The notes beneath the pieces were generated by a model that saw nothing but the letters and a program-made list of their open reading frames with translations, was not told the DNA's origin and made no database searches. A program made the translations under genes and the position numbers. A stretch of 63,971 nt of DNA, filler included, from Pirum gemmata (Eukaryota): assembly GCA_002812295.1 (NCBI GenBank). It is 14 parts of 14 records of this genome, joined end to end, with 100 filler letters (N's around TTAATTAATTAA, not from the genome) between each part and the next. Parts side by side here need not be neighbours in the genome. Positions count along the whole stretch, not along the records: positions 1 to 4,480 come from PDIN01001139.1; positions 4,581 to 9,025 come from PDIN01001140.1; positions 9,126 to 13,577 come from PDIN01001141.1; 11 more parts are not named here. One strand, written 5' to 3'. Numbering within the stretch: position 1 is the first letter of the stretch; every line of letters begins with the position of its first letter. This document shows positions 1 through 11,620 of the stretch, one piece after another.

Positions 1-825
1 TTCGATGTGTCTGTGGGCACATTCCACCTACACACTCACACGGAATTTTTATAACCAGTCAAGAATTATTAAAATTATTATTTTTAATAAAAATAGCCTA
101 AATAGAATTTGGGAATACCAAAAAAATCTTTATTGGTGTTCTACGTCATATTAAATATTGTGCACCCCTTAGTATGCTCGCTTCCTTGACTTCCTTGTTT
201 CTCTTTTAAAAATTCTTTAGAAAATTCCACAAAAAGATCAAGATCAATTATTTATAAATAAACTGATCATATAATACTAGGTCGGTACCAAATTATTATT
301 ATATTAGACACTTTTTAATTAATTTGGTATTTTAAACTTAATGTTGTGTGTTATAAACAAGTTCAATTACACACTTAAAAGTTACCAAATTAACTGACTA
401 TATAGGCTATATATCATTATCCTATTCACTCTAAATATTTATTTGGTTGGTTATAATATTTAAATTGACATTCTTAAATGAATAAATAGATAATAAAATA
501 TACCAAATTAAATTAAATGGATTTATATTGAGTTAATTTGGCACTCTTTATTGTATATTTATGATGACAAAACCACTGAAAAACTACTGAAAAGCACCCC
601 CCTAGTCTCTAGTCCCTAGTCTATATATAGACTATAACTTATCAGTGTCAGATTAGCTGTCAGATTTAATTAAAAATTTAATACATTATTAATATTAATA
701 TTGTTATTATACTATTGTTATGATAGTTATATCATATATGTGAACTATATATGTATGTTATTAATGCTGTTGTTGTTGCTGATGTTGTTTGTGTAGTGTT
801 GACCATGGTGTTGCTGTGGTGGTGG

Positions 826-858
<33 letters not shown>

Positions 859-946
859 CGTTGTTGTTATAATCAAATAACATTGTTGTTGCTGTTATTA
901 ATATTGTTGTTGTTGTTGTTAATATTGTTGTTGTTGTTGTTGTACA

Positions 947-994
<48 letters not shown>

Positions 995-1884
995 ACATGT
1001 TGTTATATTATTATTGTTTTTGTTAGCACATATACATTAATAAATGATGAATGATCCCTGTTCGTTATTCACCACTAGGGTATTATATAAAGTTTATATA
1101 ATATCTAACTGTGTATCTGGCAAATATATAAATAGTTCAAAAAAGAAAATTTAAAATTTTAGTATATTATATTGATAATTAGTAAAGATATTATATCGAT
1201 ATTATGTATATATAATCTTGATTTTAAAACAACAAAAATAAACATCAACAAACTTTTAATTTTACCAGAATAGTATAGTTAGATATTGCTTAAATATATA
1301 CCATATAGCTAGATAATATATAGCTAGATAAATGCACCTAAAAGGATTCATTCATTTATTACGTTATTTTTATTTATATTTTTTATTCAACCAAGATAAT
1401 AAAAAATGGTTACATTCAGTTGTTATATTAATATATAATATTAATACATTTTAATTAAACACCTAAAAACAACAGTTATTGTAAGACTATATATATTATC
1501 ATAATTATATTAAAACCTACGTACCTATTTAAATATTAATTAAAGATGTGTAATTAAAATACAACAATAACATAAAAGCAAAATGGATTGTAAACTGGAT
1601 CCTAATGAAAATTTAAAAAGACTTATATTGGTGTAGGGTCTAGACCAGATATTAATACGATAAGGGAGCGTTTAAATAATACAGCTATAATACGTCACGT
1701 CAAGGGGTGGGTAGGTAGGTGGTATTTGATCGGAAATTAACGTCGAGGGGTAGGTAGGTAGAGGTATTTGAAGCTGTATTTGACCGGAAATTGGCGCTAC
1801 GTAGTATTTGAATGCTCATAACAATTGATACTGACACTTTTGATAATGATAAAAGCACCATTATTAATAATGATAGTAATGTAG

Positions 1885-2335
1885 ATAGAACTTTAAAATA
1901 ACTCTTTCATCAGCAACCGCATGACTACCAGGATCCATAGCAGCTTGGTACACTAAAACCAACTCTGCCAAAAACTCTTTGAATAGAATCGTAGGTTCTT
2001 GATTAGCATCATCTTCATCATACTCATCTAACCTTAGGTAGCACAATATTAATATATCTTCCAACGTTTTCCTAGACATATATTTCCCAAAGTCAAGGTT
2101 AGGGTCAGGGTTGGGTTTAGGGTTAGGGTTAGGGTTAGGGTTAGGATTAGGGTCAGCGTTAGGGTTAGGGTTAGGGTTAGGGTTAGGGTAGGGTTAGGGT
2201 TAGGGTTAGGGTTAGGGTTAGGGAATCGTAGGTTCTTGATTAGCATCATCTTCATCATACTCATCTAACCTTAGGTAGCACAATATATATATCTTCAAAC
2301 CTTTTCCTAGACATATATTTCCCAAAGTTAAGGTT
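1885..2335 (-). pseudogene. piggyBac-like transposase relic, interrupted by a telomere-repeat tract
   Basis: The minus strand reads LNFGKYMSRKRFEDI..CYLRLDEYDEDDANQEPTILFKEFLAELVLVYQAAMDPGSHAVADERVI. This parallels the FGG..MSRHRFE...PGVYICIDECM segment (first catalytic Asp) of the piggyBac transposase at 38341-40671. It is fragmentary and partly duplicated. Confidence 0.6.
2101..2222 (+). repeat. Interstitial (TTAGGG)n telomere-like tract
   Basis: About 20 slightly degenerate TTAGGG units, flanked by a ~115-bp direct duplication (1986-2100 and 2223-2335). Confidence 0.93.
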
Positions 2336-2757
2336 AATGATAATACGGCCAGCCAAAATATCCGATCGGATCAAGGCAAATATCCGATAGGATAAAAATA
2401 ACGGAAAAGTAAAAAGATTAAATAAACATGTTTTTATTATATTTCTTGGTGTATATACATTGTATACTGGAATCTAGTAGATTCTTTAATTTCATCTGTT
2501 TCTTTTCCTGCTCTTGTTACCAATAGGGTTATTAGCAGGGCTTTGATGAACACTAAAGTAATTTACAGGATATACATAATATATAATGCATTACCACATT
2601 CGTCATTAGTACAGTAAATAAAATAAAATAAAATAAAATAAAATAAAATAAAAATAAATAATGTAGACAATATTATACTTAAAAATTATCAATTTTATTT
2701 TCAATTAAAAATACACTTATATTTGTATAATTTACAAAAATTTTAAATCATATAGAA

Positions 2758-3486
2758 TTACATATCGCTAAAAGTAAATGTGTAATCAGCGGAATGAAGA
2801 CTTTCCACATTGCAAGGAACGGTTGGATTAAATTCAGTACCTGCCTTACACATATTTGCTGGCATGTGGCCACCATAAGGTGTAGCTGGGCATCCAGTCC
2901 ATGTTGGTCCTTGTTGATTATCACCCGCACACCTGGAACAACCTGGTGGATAAATACCAACTGTATTTAGAATGGTTTTCAAATCAGAATTTGTACCATC
3001 TATCAAAGTCTTTTGACTATCGCTGATGATTATACCGATATGGTCACCCAATGGGTTGGGCGCACTTTGCCCATTTACATAACTAATATCTGCAGTATCA
3101 GTCCCAGTCGTAAACGTCATTTCCGCTAAAGAATTATTACATGGACCACGAGGCCATTGACCTTTTCCAGCAGTTACACCTACACTTGCTTGTTGACTGT
3201 CAGAAATTTCAATATCAAAAACTTGAGATTTTCCTGCTGGTAGTTGGAAAGTACATGTGAGATCGTTTGCGCTCTGTATGCAAGGGTATTGATTAATTGC
3301 GTACTTGGCAATAGTTTGTGTTCCTTGAAGGGTTTTACTGGTAAAACCAAAATTAAAGTATTGAGATTCGTTCATTTTGTTACTAATGGTCAGTTGACGG
3401 TTTGTGTTAGTGCTTGTTGCGGCAGCGTTGGCTAAACTGTATTGAGTTAATACAGCGAAACAGGCAGTGTTAATTACGTTCATCAT
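2758..3486 (-). CDS. Secreted thaumatin-like (TLP/GH64 superfamily) protein, 242 aa, intronless
   Basis: Clean ORF with higher GC than its flanks and a hydrophobic N-terminus. It has RQLTISNK (N-terminal strand), SLAEMTF...DTADISYVNG (cf. TLP TLAEFT...D.YDVS.VDG), a Cys-rich C-terminal half, and terminal ADYTFTF (cf. TLP .DY.ITF). Confidence 0.62.
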   Translation of the reverse strand: MMNVINTACFAVLTQYSLANAAATSTNTNRQLTISNKMNESQYFNFGFTSKTLQGTQTIAKYAINQYPCIQSANDLTCTFQLPAGKSQVFDIEISDSQQASVGVTAGKGQWPRGPCNNSLAEMTFTTGTDTADISYVNGQSAPNPLGDHIGIIISDSQKTLIDGTNSDLKTILNTVGIYPPGCSRCAGDNQQGPTWTGCPATPYGGHMPANMCKAGTEFNPTVPCNVESLHSADYTFTFSDM

Positions 3487-4154
3487 AATTTCGTTATCAA
3501 GTTTTTAAAAGGTTTGAGTTGTTGTTTTTATTCTATTTTTTTTCTATTTTTTTTTTATTTTATTTTATTTATTTTTTTTTTTAATTTTTACGCATAAAGT
3601 GTCTAAATAACTCTAAATATATATACATTTTTTTTTCAGTTTTATTTTTATAATCATATTTTATATTATTATTATTATTATTATTATTACAATTATTACC
3701 ACATATTATATCATTATTATTGTTAGTGCTGGTAGACTACTAGCTAGCTACTAGCTAGTAGTAGCTCAGCACCACACTGCACCACTCAGCACTACTCAGC
3801 TCTAGCTAGCTAGTAGTTAGCAGGTTAGCTGGCTAACTCGAGCTAGCTTAGGTCAAAAAAAAAAAAAAAAAAAAAAAAGATGATATTAATATGGATAAAA
3901 AAGTTCCTGTTTTCCCTACAAAAAAAAGGTAGAGCAGTAGGTTATAGTTATATAGTTAAATTAAAGTTGTAATTTGTTGATTTGTTTCATAATTCTTTGG
4001 TATAAGTTATAATTAATTATTTGATTGTCATTTGGTTTTATTAATTTTAACTTGTTTTATTTTTCATAATAATACCATAATGTAGAATATAGTCTATATA
4101 TGATAAGCAATTGTATTTTTCTTTTGTTGTAGAAATATTTGGGTTTTTAAGTGA

Positions 4155-4236
4155 CAGTTTCACTTGGGTTTTGGGTGACGGTGTCACTTGGGTTTTGAGT
4201 GGCGGTGTCGCTTGGGTTTTGGTTGGCAATGTCACT
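4155..4236 (+). repeat. 24-bp tandem repeat (~3.5 copies)
   Basis: Unit ~TCACTTGGGTTTTGGGTGACGGTG with substitutions. Confidence 0.75.
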
Positions 4237-4480
4237 AGGTCGGATTGCGTGACTCCCCCCCCCCCTCCCCATCTGAACATATTCAGCTTGATACCATTAG
4301 AAAGAGAAACCAGACCTTCTTCAATTTATAATATTAAAGGACACATTTTAAAAAAAATTCAGATGAAAAATTGAAAAAAAAATTATTATTACAATGTCAT
4401 GTTCAGCCAAGAAATAATTACAAAAAAAAAACTAGCTCAAGCTAATAAGTAACTTATTTTTTCATTTTTTTTTTTTTTTT

Positions 4481-4580
4481 NNNNNNNNNNNNNNNNNNNN
4501 NNNNNNNNNNNNNNNNNNNNNNNNTTAATTAATTAANNNNNNNNNNNNNNNNNNNNNNNNNNNNNNNNNNNNNNNNNNNN
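4481..4580. other. Artificial contig-joining spacer (first of 13)
   Basis: 44 N + TTAATTAATTAA (stops in all six frames) + 44 N. The same spacer recurs at 9026-9125, 13578-13677, 18169-18268, 22711-22810, 27277-27376, 32297-32396, 36856-36955, 41369-41468, 45935-46034, 50426-50525, 54964-55063 and 59435-59534. Confidence 0.97.
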
Positions 4581-4663
4581 TAACCCTAACCCTGACCCTG
4601 ACCCTAACCCCCATAATAATAAATTTTGGTAAATTTTCTCCTATATATATATATAAACTGAAG

Positions 4664-6799
4664 AAAGGTACTTTCGACCGAAAGGGTGTTTTACCGGAAG
4701 TGAAGGATAATGTGTCGCTTGTTCCTGGTTGGTTTGATAAAACCTTGCCTCCATTTTTGGCCGGTCTTGAGCAGGGCACGAAAATATCTGTCTTACACAT
4801 TGATTGCGATGGTTCTTATCATTTAATCATAACTATACCTGCTTTAGTATCATCTTCATGTTGTCGTTATATATTCTTGTGATTATTTGTTCTTTTTGTC
4901 CAAAGCTTGATTGTAATTGTGATAAAATTGTATTGGTTCTTTTCCTTTCATTAAAGTTATAACCTACCCTAACCCTGACCGTTTTCTTATCATACCCAGT
5001 CTTTATATATTTATGTGATTGGTCATTCTTTTTGTGTTTAATTGTACGATTAAACCCCTATTTAATTAATCCCCTATTATACCCCTATTTAATTATACCC
5101 TATTTAATTATACCACTATTTAATTATACCCTATTTTATTATACCCTATTTTATTATACCCTATTTTATTATACCCTATTTAAATTAAATAGGGGTATAA
5201 TTAAATATGGTAAAATTAAATAAGGTATAAATAAATTAAGGTATAATTAATAGTGGTATGATTAAATAGAGTGTAATTGAATAGGGGGTATAATTAAATA
5301 GGGGTATAATTAAATAGGGGTATAATTAAATGGGAGTATACTTAAATAGGGGTATAATTGAATTAGGGTATAATTAAATAGGGGTATAATTAGATAGGGT
5401 ATAATAAAATAGGGTATAATTAAATAGGGGTGTAATTAAATATGAGTGTAATTAAACATACCACTATTTAATTATACCCTAGTTTATTTATACCCTATTT
5501 AATTATACTCCTATTTAATTATACCCCAATTTAATTATATCTATTTAATTATGCCCCTATTTAATTACACCCCTATTTAATTACACCCCTATTGAATTAT
5601 ACTATTTAATTACACCCCTCTTTAATTATACCACTATTTAATTATACCCTAACTTATTTGTACCCTATTTAATTATACCCTATTTAATTATACCCTATTT
5701 AATTATACCCTCTTTAATTATACCCTTTTTAATTCCACCCTATTTAATTATGCCCTAATTAATTCTGCACTATTTAATTATACCACTATTTAATTATATC
5801 CCTATTTTTCTTATACCACCATCATTTAATTATACCACTTTTTTTTTTTTAATGTTTGTATTCTGTTTTCTTAAATTATTGTTATTGTAACTATAGCACT
5901 GTTTAATTCTACCCCTATTTCTTATACCTACTCCTATTTAATTATACCCCAATTTAATTACACCCTATTTAATTATACCCCCCTATTTAATTATACCCCC
6001 TATTTAATTATACCCCCTATTTAATTACACCTCTATTTAATTACACCACTCTATTTATTTATACCCTATTTAATTTAACCCTATTTAATTATACCCTATT
6101 TAATTATACCCTATTTAATTATACCCTATTTAATTATACCCTATTCAATTCTACCCTATTTAATTATACCCTATTTAATTCTGCCCTGTTTAATTATACC
6201 ACTATTTATTCTACCCCTATTTTCTTATACCACCACTATTTAATTATACGTGTCTGTATTCTTTGTTTTCTTGAATTATTGCTATTGTAATTATACCACT
6301 ATTTAATTATACCCCTATTTTCTTATATAATACCACCTTTTTTTTAAAAAATGTTTTTGTATGCTTTGTTTCTTAAATTATTGTTATTATTGTTGCTTCA
6401 ATTAGTATATATATCTGCTGCGTGCGTTTTAAACCAAGTTGCCCCCTTCCTTCAATGCGGTACTTTTATAATTTTTGACGAACTTTTGAATTACGCAGGT
6501 TTTCATTTTTTTTGTACATTGTATTATATTCTTGGGTTATGTTTTGGTTATATTCTGTTTCTGTTTTTTGCTGTTTTTTGCTTGCTAGTTTGTTAGTTTG
6601 TTAGTTTGTTAGTTTGTTTGTTTTTGTTACGACTGTGTTACTATTACTATTACTATCACTATTATCAATGTGGTGATGTTGTATAATTTTAGCGAACCTT
6701 TGAGTTATACAAGAAGTTTTTATCTTTGTAAATTGTATTGTACTGCATTCTTTGGTTATCTTTTGGTTATTTTCTGTTTCTGTTTTTTCTGTTTTTTGT

Positions 6800-6862
<63 letters not shown>

Positions 6863-7299
6863 TTGTGTTGGTCAGTTTTTTTGTTTGTTAGTTAGCGTAA
6901 CCCTAACCCTAACCCTAATCCTTCTGTTACAACTTTTTATTACTATTACTATAATTTTCGACTAACTTTTGGTTGGCTCGATAAGCATCTGTTCGAAAAA
7001 AGTTCCAGTAGATATCTCACCCCTACTAGCTAGAGTTTATAACAATAACAATAACAATAACAATAACAATAACAATAACAGTAACAGTAACAGTAACAGT
7101 AACAATAGCAATAGCAATAACAATAACAATATGATAATGTCCATAATTCTAACCTTTTGTTTTATAATTAGGTTTTGAAAAACACGAAATACTTGCCTGG
7201 TTTGAGCTTATAGACAGGGAAAACATAGCCTTCGAATGGGTGGGTATGAAAGCGGCGGGTTGTTTGGATGTTGGGCTTAGAATTACAAAAATTGGCTGA
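4664..7299 (+). CDS. TylF/MycF/NovP-like class I SAM O-methyltransferase, 3' part (3 exons; 5' end off the contig)
   Basis: Exons ~4664-4811, 6406-6498 and 7172-7299 join in phase across GT..AG introns: KGTFDRKGVLPEVKDNVSLVPGWFDKTLP...LHIDCD-VYISAACVL...GTFIIFDELLNYA-GFEKHEILAWFE...KIG*. GWF.DTLP, HIDCD.Y and (I)FDE are family motifs. Confidence 0.85.
5050..6325. repeat. ~17-18-bp minisatellite (TACCCTATTTAATTA-like) with an internal inverted block, in intron 1 of the methyltransferase
   Basis: Forward units ~5050-5185, reverse-complement units (TAATTAAATAGGGGTA) ~5185-5455, forward units again ~5457-6325. Confidence 0.92.
6970..7027 (+). mobile_element. MITE family A, 3' fragment (intronic)
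   Basis: GGTTGGCTCGATAAGCATCTGTTCGAAAAAAGTTCCAGTAGATATCTCACCCCTACT, identical to the end of the copy at 16936-17164. Confidence 0.85.
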
Positions 7300-7914
7300 T
7301 TCCAACAAAAAAAAAAACTATGCCCAGGTCACTTTAGTATTTTTAATTCGATATTTGACCTTAATATAAAAAATGCCAAATTAATTAGTAAAAATCTACC
7401 CGTTTATTTAATAAATAGGTTAATTTTGTAGTTTTTAACTCAATTTTTTTCTAGATATAACTGAAGAGGTAAAATTGGATGACGTCAATATAATATATTT
7501 CTGCGTGTGAGACTACCCGTGTGAGGTAAATCGAGGAAAATGAGATTATCATTGTTACCAATTGCAATACTATATTTGGAAATGTTGGAAGGTGTGAGAA
7601 GGATGAGCGGAGTAGTGACGTATGCACCACTTAACATAATTATGTAGAAAATAATTCAAAAATGGTCTAGGTAAATAACTTTAGTACCCATGTTATACGT
7701 ATGTTATACGTATAAACTGAAGATGCCTTTATATCAAATGTTTGATACAAGGCATATGGATTACATTATGAATTTTTATGCTGTGATTTTTTTAATTTAA
7801 AAAAATGGCTTGCAATATTGATATTCATATTAGTGTGTTTGTGAGTGTATGTTTCTTCAATTATTATTTTTATTATCATGCTTTTCATTTGTTTTGTCAT
7901 CATGAAAAATACAA

Positions 7915-8050
7915 AAAAGTTTACCGAATTAATACAATATAAATCCATTTCATTTAATTTTGTATATTTTATTTTCTATTTATTCATTTAAAAAAGTCAA
8001 TTTAAATATAATAACCAACCAAGTGACAAAATAAATGAAAAAGCACAATA
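7915..8050 (-). mobile_element. MITE family C, partial copy
   Basis: Reverse-complement match to 48410-48596 (AAATCCATTTCATTTAATTT...GACAAAATAAATGAAAAAGCAC). Confidence 0.7.
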
Positions 8051-8074
8051 AAACTTACATCACATCAAGAGGTC

Positions 8075-8328
8075 TAACGTCGCCATAAAGAAAAATATTT
8101 TATTTTTGCCAGATGATACGTAAAGGTCAAAGGGCAGTCGGGAGTTGTTATCATAGACTTATTTATTAAAAGAGGTACAAAGTAAGAGGGTAATGAGTAT
8201 GACATTATCAAAATAAATATCGCTATCAAATATCTCGCTGCCCCTACTACTAGCCGTTTACCATTCGTAACTCATTCGTATAGTCTTTCGATATCATCTG
8301 ACAAAATTTTATTTATGGTGACGTCATA
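8075..8328. mobile_element. Putative MITE with ~50-bp imperfect terminal inverted repeats
   Basis: ACGTCGCCATAAA...TTTTGCCAGATGATAC at the left end pairs with GATATCATCTGACAAAATTTTATTTATGGTGACGT at the right end. Only one copy seen. Confidence 0.5.
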
Positions 8329-8350
8329 CGTATTAGCCTCATTATTAGCT

Positions 8351-8382
<32 letters not shown>

Positions 8383-8927
8383 GTTATTATTAGCTGTATC
8401 AATATCAATATTAATATTATTGCTATCATTAATATAAACTATTATTACGTATGATAGTTTACAAATGTCAACGTTGTCGACTTGTTGCCACTTTCTTCCG
8501 CGATAAATTTTAACTACTGATTAACCAAATTTCTCTCGGACTCCTGGTATGTACTGGTAGTGTCATTCATATTCAAGAAAGCTCAAGTCCTGTTATGTTT
8601 TTGGGGTTGCTTGATTCTTTGTATTGATTTTGTTGTTTTATTTATTATTGTTGTTTTTGTTGATAAAATAATAATAAAATAAAATTAATTGTTTGCATGT
8701 TTGATTTTTTATTGTTATATATATAAAAAATAAAGTACAAATGTAATAAAAAAAAGAAAGTTAGTTTTTTTTCATTTTTTCAGTTTAGCATACGTTTTTA
8801 TACTCATTAATATGTATAATATAATAATAAAAATTTATAGAAGTTTACATTATTGTAGGTTGCCCTCACAATCTTGGGTATTAATACTGTTTAAGTATAT
8901 AATTGAGCTTATTTATAAAATACAATA

Positions 8928-9025
8928 AGTAGGGGTGAGGTGACGTCATTTTATTATTACCAAACAACTTCCGGAACTTTTTCGACTTTTATGGTTTTTA
9001 TTACTATTAATGTTAATATTATTAC
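8928..9025 (+). mobile_element. MITE family A, 5' part (cut by the contig end)
   Basis: AGTAGGGGTGAGGTGACGTCATTTTATTATTACC...CCGGAACTTTT matches the other family A copies. Confidence 0.85.
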
Positions 9026-9277
9026 NNNNNNNNNNNNNNNNNNNNNNNNNNNNNNNNNNNNNNNNNNNNTTAATTAATTAANNNNNNNNNNNNNNNNNNN
9101 NNNNNNNNNNNNNNNNNNNNNNNNNATAATAATAATAATAATGTATCCATTAATTGGTTGTCAAATCTACGTTGAATTTAACCCCATCCCTCACATTGGA
9201 AGACGAATCTTCCATTGTATGGGAGCCATATAAAATATTGTTTCTATAATTCCAAATTCGCGACAAAAAGTCGTCTA

Positions 9278-11620
9278 TTAATACGGATATAGAATCCGTT
9301 TGTCGATCGAAAGAGACGTTATGGATGAGTTGTTCAGTTGTTTTTTAAATGCATCTGCACATCCATGGAAGTCTCTCATAATTATCGCACATTTCCCCTC
9401 ATCATTCACACTTTCCCACTCTTCATTTACATTCATATAATTTAAACTTCTCAACTCACGATAAAATTGTTCTCTTATCACACTATATTTTGGACATTGT
9501 ATTAAAAGATGACAAACACTCTCCTTTACTCCCTCACTCTCTTCATTCAAACATCATTTACACCACTTTTCCTCCTCACCCCCTCTATGTCTACCTAACT
9601 CCTCATTCAACCCACTTGTACCACTTAATAATTTGAATTTAAGTCTGCTTACACTATCAATATTTTTCAAATACTCTCTTAGAACTGGTCGCTTAATTAA
9701 CCTCTTATTTACAAATCTTGTTTTCATATATAAATGACATTTAGTTTTCTCCCTTATTTTTTCCGTCCACTCCTCACATTCATTCTCCCTTATATTCTTA
9801 ATTATTTTTATCTTAAATTCAGACATATTACACTCATTTTCACTCAATTTGTTCAACCACTCCTCAACTTCGTATTTCTTTAACACCTCAAACAAGTGAT
9901 CTTCCCACGATCTTCTCCTCTTTATAAACACACTCTTTAAATTCCACACTTTAGATAATAGTCCATTTGTCTCACTACATACTTTCCCCGCCCATAATAA
10001 TTTATATTTCGCTAACAAACATTCAATTCTCTTCACACCTAATTCATGATATACAACCTCACTCACAGTCGTTTCACTGCATCCGATTATCCACTTACAC
10101 ACTTGTAATTGTAAACCCTCCACTCTTTTCATTTGTGCTTTATCACACCACCAGATTTCACTCCCATACATTATTATCGGTTTTATAATAGTATTCCACA
10201 CACATAATTTAGATTCAGTACTCAAGTGTTTGTTTCTAAAAATTAAAAATTTCCATTCATTCATTTTCAACTTTACTTTGCTCACAATGTAATCAATATG
10301 GTCATTCCACTTCCATTTTTTATTAAACCACACACCCAAATATTTATATTTACTGACTAAAGGTAATAAATCACTTTTGTATTGTCCCTCTATTTGTTTT
10401 CTATCCTTCTCCTCACAAATCACCATCACACCACTCTTTTTAACATTAATTTCTAATCTCCATTCTCTACAATAATCAAACAGACATTTTATTAATATTC
10501 TCATATCCTCCTCATTCATTCCCACTAATACAATATCATCCGCATATAATAAACTTCTCACTATCTGTTTTATAATATTGCCCCCCTCTGTTAAATTCAA
10601 CTCTCTAATTCTCTCTATAAGGTCATTAATAAAAATTTTAAACAATAACGGAGACAAAATATCCCCTTGTCTAACTCCTATAAACAAATAAAAATCATCA
10701 GTATCCTCTCCTTCAACAAACACACAACTTTTACTATTATTATACATTGCTCGCAACATTCTCCACATTCTTCCCTTTATACCATATCTATATAATTTAA
10801 CCCATAACCCCTCTCTCCACACTCTATCAAAAGCTTTCTTAATATCCACAAATCCTAATAATGTAAGCAATCCTTTCGACAAATTATTTTCTACAATTTT
10901 GTGTAATATAAACAAATGATCTTCACACCCTTTACCATTCGAAAACCCTCCTTGCTCGTCAAAAATAATAGTTCTCTCATTCACAAATTTATTTAATCTC
11001 TCATGTTGTAAAGCTGTCATTAATTTATACACCAAACTCAATAATGTTACACCTCTAAAGTTATTTCTGTCAAACTGATCATCACTCTTAAAAATATTAA
11101 CAATCCTTCCTATTTTCAATTCATCCTCAACATCCTCATTCACCCACATGTCATTCACCACTTTAGTCATCATCTCTACACCACTCTCGCTAACACACAA
11201 TGCTAACAACTCATTAGTAATTCCATCTCTCCCAGCTGCCTTATGTTTTTTTAAATTCAACAAACATTTTTCCACCTCTTTTACAGTATACAACCCATCT
11301 AACTCCTCATTATCAACACCCTCACTCTCTTTAATCGCTTCCCTTAATTCTCTTTCTATACTCTCTTTATTAATGTCACAAAAATTAGCATCATTTACAT
11401 CATTACCTAACCTACTATAATGCTCACTCCACAACTCTTTCTTTCTAATTAAATCATTCACAATATTCCCTTCATCATCTCTCACTCCCGTTGCAACCTC
11501 TCTTTTCCCCCCACCTAATAATTTAATCTTGGAATAAAACTCTTTAACACTCAATTTCTTTTCACTGATATTCTCACAGAATAGTTTATAACTTTCATTA
11601 TTTTCTTTTCGTACAGCTCT
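9278..11620 (-). pseudogene. LINE ORF2 reverse transcriptase plus C-terminal zinc knuckle (in-frame TGA at 9554-9556)
   Basis: RT with YADD. The frame continues through the stop: GRHRGGEEEKWCK*CLNEESEGVKESVCHLLIQCPKY. Confidence 0.9.

Noticed and set aside
9554..9556. TGA as selenocysteine or Trp in the LINE zinc knuckle
   Set aside because: It sits at a spacer position of CxxC, the methyltransferase ends in TGA, and the element has another lesion. No SECIS could be identified.
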